Shown here one piece after another: positions 61,214 through 64,000 of a stretch of DNA of 64,000 nucleotides; positions within the stretch are counted from its first letter, which is position 1; each line of letters starts with the position of its first letter. The DNA is from Longimicrobiales bacterium (GTDB lineage Bacteria > Gemmatimonadota > Gemmatimonadetes > Longimicrobiales > Gaopeijiaceae): positions 128,001 to 192,000 of the forward strand of contig CBDCNQ010000004.1 of the NCBI GenBank assembly GCA_965219445.1. The letters run 5' to 3'. A program made the position numbers and the translations under genes. Below the pieces are notes generated by a model. It saw only the letters and a list, made by a program, of their open reading frames with translations. It had not been told where the DNA came from and made no database searches.

Positions 61214-61654
61214 ATGAAGGTAAGAGTCAACCAGAAGACGGATTTCCATTTTATCGGCAAAGGTGAAGACCTTGACCTAGAGTTGCCGATTGACGCCGCC
61301 GCGCATGTGGGTGGGAAAGGCAGGGGATTCAGGCCACCAGCCCTTCTTATGTACTCTATCGCGGCGTGCATGGGAATCCATGCCTATGAGGCGCTCCACC
61401 AGGCCGGCAAACACGTGGAAGATGTTGAGGTGGAAACGGACGGGGAGCGCCGGCCAGATTATCCAAAGGTCTATACGAAGATCATGCTGAAGTTTCGCAT
61501 GAAAGGGCCAGACCTCACCGACAAGGATGTCCGGGACGCCATTCACGAAGCGCTGACCCGCACCTGCAGCATTGCCGTTATGGCGAGTCGGGTGGCCCCC
61601 ATAACCTGTGAGTACGAAGTCGGTTCCTTGAAAGGGACCGTCACGTCAGCGTAG
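61214..61654 (+). CDS. OsmC/YhfA family protein
   Basis: GG.G.GFRP..L...AAC and second Cys in TCSI; PKVYTKI. Confidence 0.88.
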   Translation: MKVRVNQKTDFHFIGKGEDLDLELPIDAAAHVGGKGRGFRPPALLMYSIAACMGIHAYEALHQAGKHVEDVEVETDGERRPDYPKVYTKIMLKFRMKGPDLTDKDVRDAIHEALTRTCSIAVMASRVAPITCEYEVGSLKGTVTSA

Positions 61655-61668
61655 GGAGGAGGCGACCC

Positions 61669-63093
61669 ATGGATCTGAATGAATCCTTCGAGAGACTGGA
61701 TCAAGATCTTCGAACACTGCTCAGCGCACCGGTCGGCTCGAAAAGGGTCAAGATTACCGATCTGACCCCGAGGGATGGGCAGCAATGCAAACTCGCCACC
61801 AGGGTTTCCACGGATGACCTTCTCCCCCTCTGCGCGGCCCTGGACAAGTGTGGCTTCTATGCGGTGGAGGTATGGGGAGGGGCCAGCTTCGACGCCTCCT
61901 TGAGATACCTGAAGGAAGATCCTTGGGAGAGACTCAAACGAATCAAGGAGGTCATGCCCAACACCAAACTTCAGATGCTCTTGAGGGGCCAGCACATCCT
62001 CGCCTATAAACCCTATCCGGACCGAATCGTCCGCAAGTTCGTCGAGAAGGCGGTGAAGAACGGCATTACCGTCTTCCGGGTGTTCGAGGCCACCAACGAC
62101 TTCCGGAACGTCGAGGTGGCCGCCAAGGCGGTCAAGGAGTTCGGGGGAGAGGCCCACGTGGAGGTGAACTACACCATCAGCCCGGTGCACACCCATGAAA
62201 AGTGGATGGAGTATGCGGAGCAAGTGTTGGAGATCGGGGCAGACTGGCTATCGCTGAAGGACGCAACGGGTATCATCATGCCCTTCGACGCCTACAGGAT
62301 CATCAAGGGCATGAAGGACCGTGCCAAGGAACTGCCGGTCCTCCTCCACACTCACGATATGACCGGGGCCTCCAGCATGTGCCACGTGATGGCCCTACTC
62401 GCCGGGGTGGATATGATCGATACCGTGCTGAGCCCGCTGGCTTTCGGCTCTTCACACCCCGCGACCGAAACGATGATCGCTGCACTCAAGGACACACCCT
62501 TCGACACGGGCATAGACCTGAAGCTACTCGAGGAGCCTACCAGGATCACACGGGACATCGGGGAGAAGTATTCGGAACACGCAACGAAGTACGCTGGTGT
62601 CAACGCCGAGGTGCTCAAGCACAAGATGCCCGGCGGGATGATCTCCAACATGGTCGCGCAGTTGAAAGAGGCTGGCCGGATGGATCTGATGGAGGCGGCC
62701 CTGAAAGAAAGTCCGAATGTGGAGAAGGACCTGGGCTATCCGCCGCTCCTGACTCCCACGAGCCAGATCGTCGGCTCCCAAGCGGTATTCAACGTGCTGA
62801 TGGGAGAGCGATACAAAATCATCACGCAAGAGGTCATGGATTATGTCGCGGGTAAATACGGCCGGCCACCGGGCCCGGTGAGCGAGGAGCTCGTGACTAA
62901 GATAATGGGCGACAAGTCTCCTGATTACTCGGCAAGAGCAGGGGACCTCGCCGATCCGGAGGACTGGGACAGAGCGGTGAAAGAACTCGGCCCTCTGGCA
63001 AAGAGCGACGAGGATATCCTCATGGGGATACTCTACCCCATGCAGGCCAAGGACTTTCTGACCCTCAGGGAAAAGAGCGACCTCCGCTCATAA
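61669..63093 (+). CDS. oadA: Oxaloacetate decarboxylase alpha / pyruvate carboxyltransferase subunit without biotinyl domain
   Basis: RDGQQ..LATR, WGGA.FD, EDPWERL, LLRGQ, LKD..G, HTH, PGGMISN, GYPPL.TPTSQIVG; no EAMKM domain. Confidence 0.88.
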   Translation: MDLNESFERLDQDLRTLLSAPVGSKRVKITDLTPRDGQQCKLATRVSTDDLLPLCAALDKCGFYAVEVWGGASFDASLRYLKEDPWERLKRIKEVMPNTKLQMLLRGQHILAYKPYPDRIVRKFVEKAVKNGITVFRVFEATNDFRNVEVAAKAVKEFGGEAHVEVNYTISPVHTHEKWMEYAEQVLEIGADWLSLKDATGIIMPFDAYRIIKGMKDRAKELPVLLHTHDMTGASSMCHVMALLAGVDMIDTVLSPLAFGSSHPATETMIAALKDTPFDTGIDLKLLEEPTRITRDIGEKYSEHATKYAGVNAEVLKHKMPGGMISNMVAQLKEAGRMDLMEAALKESPNVEKDLGYPPLLTPTSQIVGSQAVFNVLMGERYKIITQEVMDYVAGKYGRPPGPVSEELVTKIMGDKSPDYSARAGDLADPEDWDRAVKELGPLAKSDEDILMGILYPMQAKDFLTLREKSDLRS

Positions 63094-63119
63094 CCTGATC
63101 GAGTTATTGAGTTAGAGAT

Positions 63120-63284
63120 ATGGGAATAGACTGGGGGCTCGCTGCGCAGATTAGTGGCTTTGGCTTTGTTCTAGTCTTTGCCGTCCTAATCATGCTGGCT
63201 CTAGCTATCTGGCTCGTCGGGGTGATAGTTGGCAGAGTCGCTGCCAGCAAGGCTGAAGGCGGGCAAGAAAGAGAACGAACTTAG
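63120..63284 (+). CDS. oadG: Na+-translocating decarboxylase gamma/delta subunit (54 aa; absent from the ORF track)
   Basis: My translation: MGIDWGLAAQISGFGFVLVFAVLIMLALAIWLVG...ERT*; single TM with G...VF..L..L pattern; lies between oadA and oadB. Confidence 0.82.
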   Translation: MGIDWGLAAQISGFGFVLVFAVLIMLALAIWLVGVIVGRVAASKAEGGQERERT

Positions 63285-63301
63285 GAATTGACTGGAACAA
63301 G

Positions 63302-64000
63302 ATGCTAGGATTCCTTCAAACCGGCTTTGCCGACCTTACCTGGGGGCATGTCGTCTTAATATGTGTGGGGCTCACCTTCATCTATCTCGCTATTGTCAAG
63401 GACTTCGAGCCCTATGAACTCCTCCCTATCGGGATGGGATTGATCTTGGCTAATCTCCCTGGCACTGGACTCTTGGTTCAGCCTCAGGAGGTGGGAGGCG
63501 AAATTGGGACTGCCGGTCTCTTGGGAATATTGATTGAATTTGGTCTCCTCAGATATACAGTCCTGCCTCTGCTAATCTTCGTTGGTCTTGGTGCGTTGAC
63601 GGACTTCGTACCACTCATAGCCCGTCCGCGTCTCTTTTTGCTTGGGGCAGCGGCACAAGTAGGAATAATTGTTGCCTTCCTCGGCGCTTTGGCTTTGGGG
63701 CACTTTGGTATCGCCGAGTTTGGATTGGAGGAAGCGGCTGCCATCGCAATCATTGGCGGTGCTGACGGTCCCACAACGATCTACGTCACCTCCCGGCTTG
63801 CGCCTGAGATAATGGGGATCACGGCGGTGGCCGCATATTCTTACATGGCAATGGTAGCCATCATTCAACCTCCCATAATTAGAGCTCTCACATCAAAAAG
63901 GGAGAGAGAGATCTATATGGAGCCAGAGTTACGCGAGGTGTCAAAAACAGAAGAGATCTTGTTCCCCATAGTATGCCTCATTCTGATCATATTGCTGGTA
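63302..64000 (+). CDS. oadB: Na+-translocating decarboxylase beta subunit (partial)
   Basis: My translation: YLAI.K.FEP..LLPIG.G, IFVGLGALTDF, GAAAQ.G, IIGGADGPT, AAYSYMA..IQPP; open to the window end. Confidence 0.94.
   Translation, partial: MLGFLQTGFADLTWGHVVLICVGLTFIYLAIVKDFEPYELLPIGMGLILANLPGTGLLVQPQEVGGEIGTAGLLGILIEFGLLRYTVLPLLIFVGLGALTDFVPLIARPRLFLLGAAAQVGIIVAFLGALALGHFGIAEFGLEEAAAIAIIGGADGPTTIYVTSRLAPEIMGITAVAAYSYMAMVAIIQPPIIRALTSKREREIYMEPELREVSKTEEILFPIVCLILIILLV

Overview
GC-rich bacterial window (about 65% by eye). Gene order and protein style suggest Gemmatimonadota, which is an inference. There are three parts. (1) 1-16.7 kb is a cell-surface locus built on DUF11/TIGR01451 domains: a small divergent single-domain protein, a ~413-aa secreted subunit (frameshifted by a 5-bp duplication), an 1880-aa protein with a probable C-terminal outer-membrane beta-barrel, and a ~2852-aa modular adhesin (one in-frame TAG). 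The DUF11 domains are split between proteins. C-terminal domains stop before the Asn-bearing strands, and those strands appear at mature N-termini. This suggests a pilus-like polymer built by strand donation and intermolecular Lys-Asn isopeptide bonds, and is the best candidate here for an undescribed system. (2) 17-59.9 kb is mostly core genome on the minus strand: RND efflux operon with a frameshifted MFP, mdh, moaADE, ECF sigma/anti-sigma, carA, rnhA, lipB/E2, secG-tpiA-pgk-gap, dnaB, coaBC-rpoZ-gmk-yicC, pepA, icd and an Fe3+ ABC transporter lacking an ATPase. It also holds a candidate ~350-nt structured ncRNA with its own promoter and terminator, and an RNase HI whose catalytic Glu appears relocated. 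(3) 59.9-64 kb is a compositionally different segment with a D-2-hydroxyacid dehydrogenase, OsmC and Na+-pumping decarboxylase genes (oadA, oadG, oadB). I saw no rRNA, tRNA, CRISPR or transposase. All calls come from motif recognition by eye; no searches were run.
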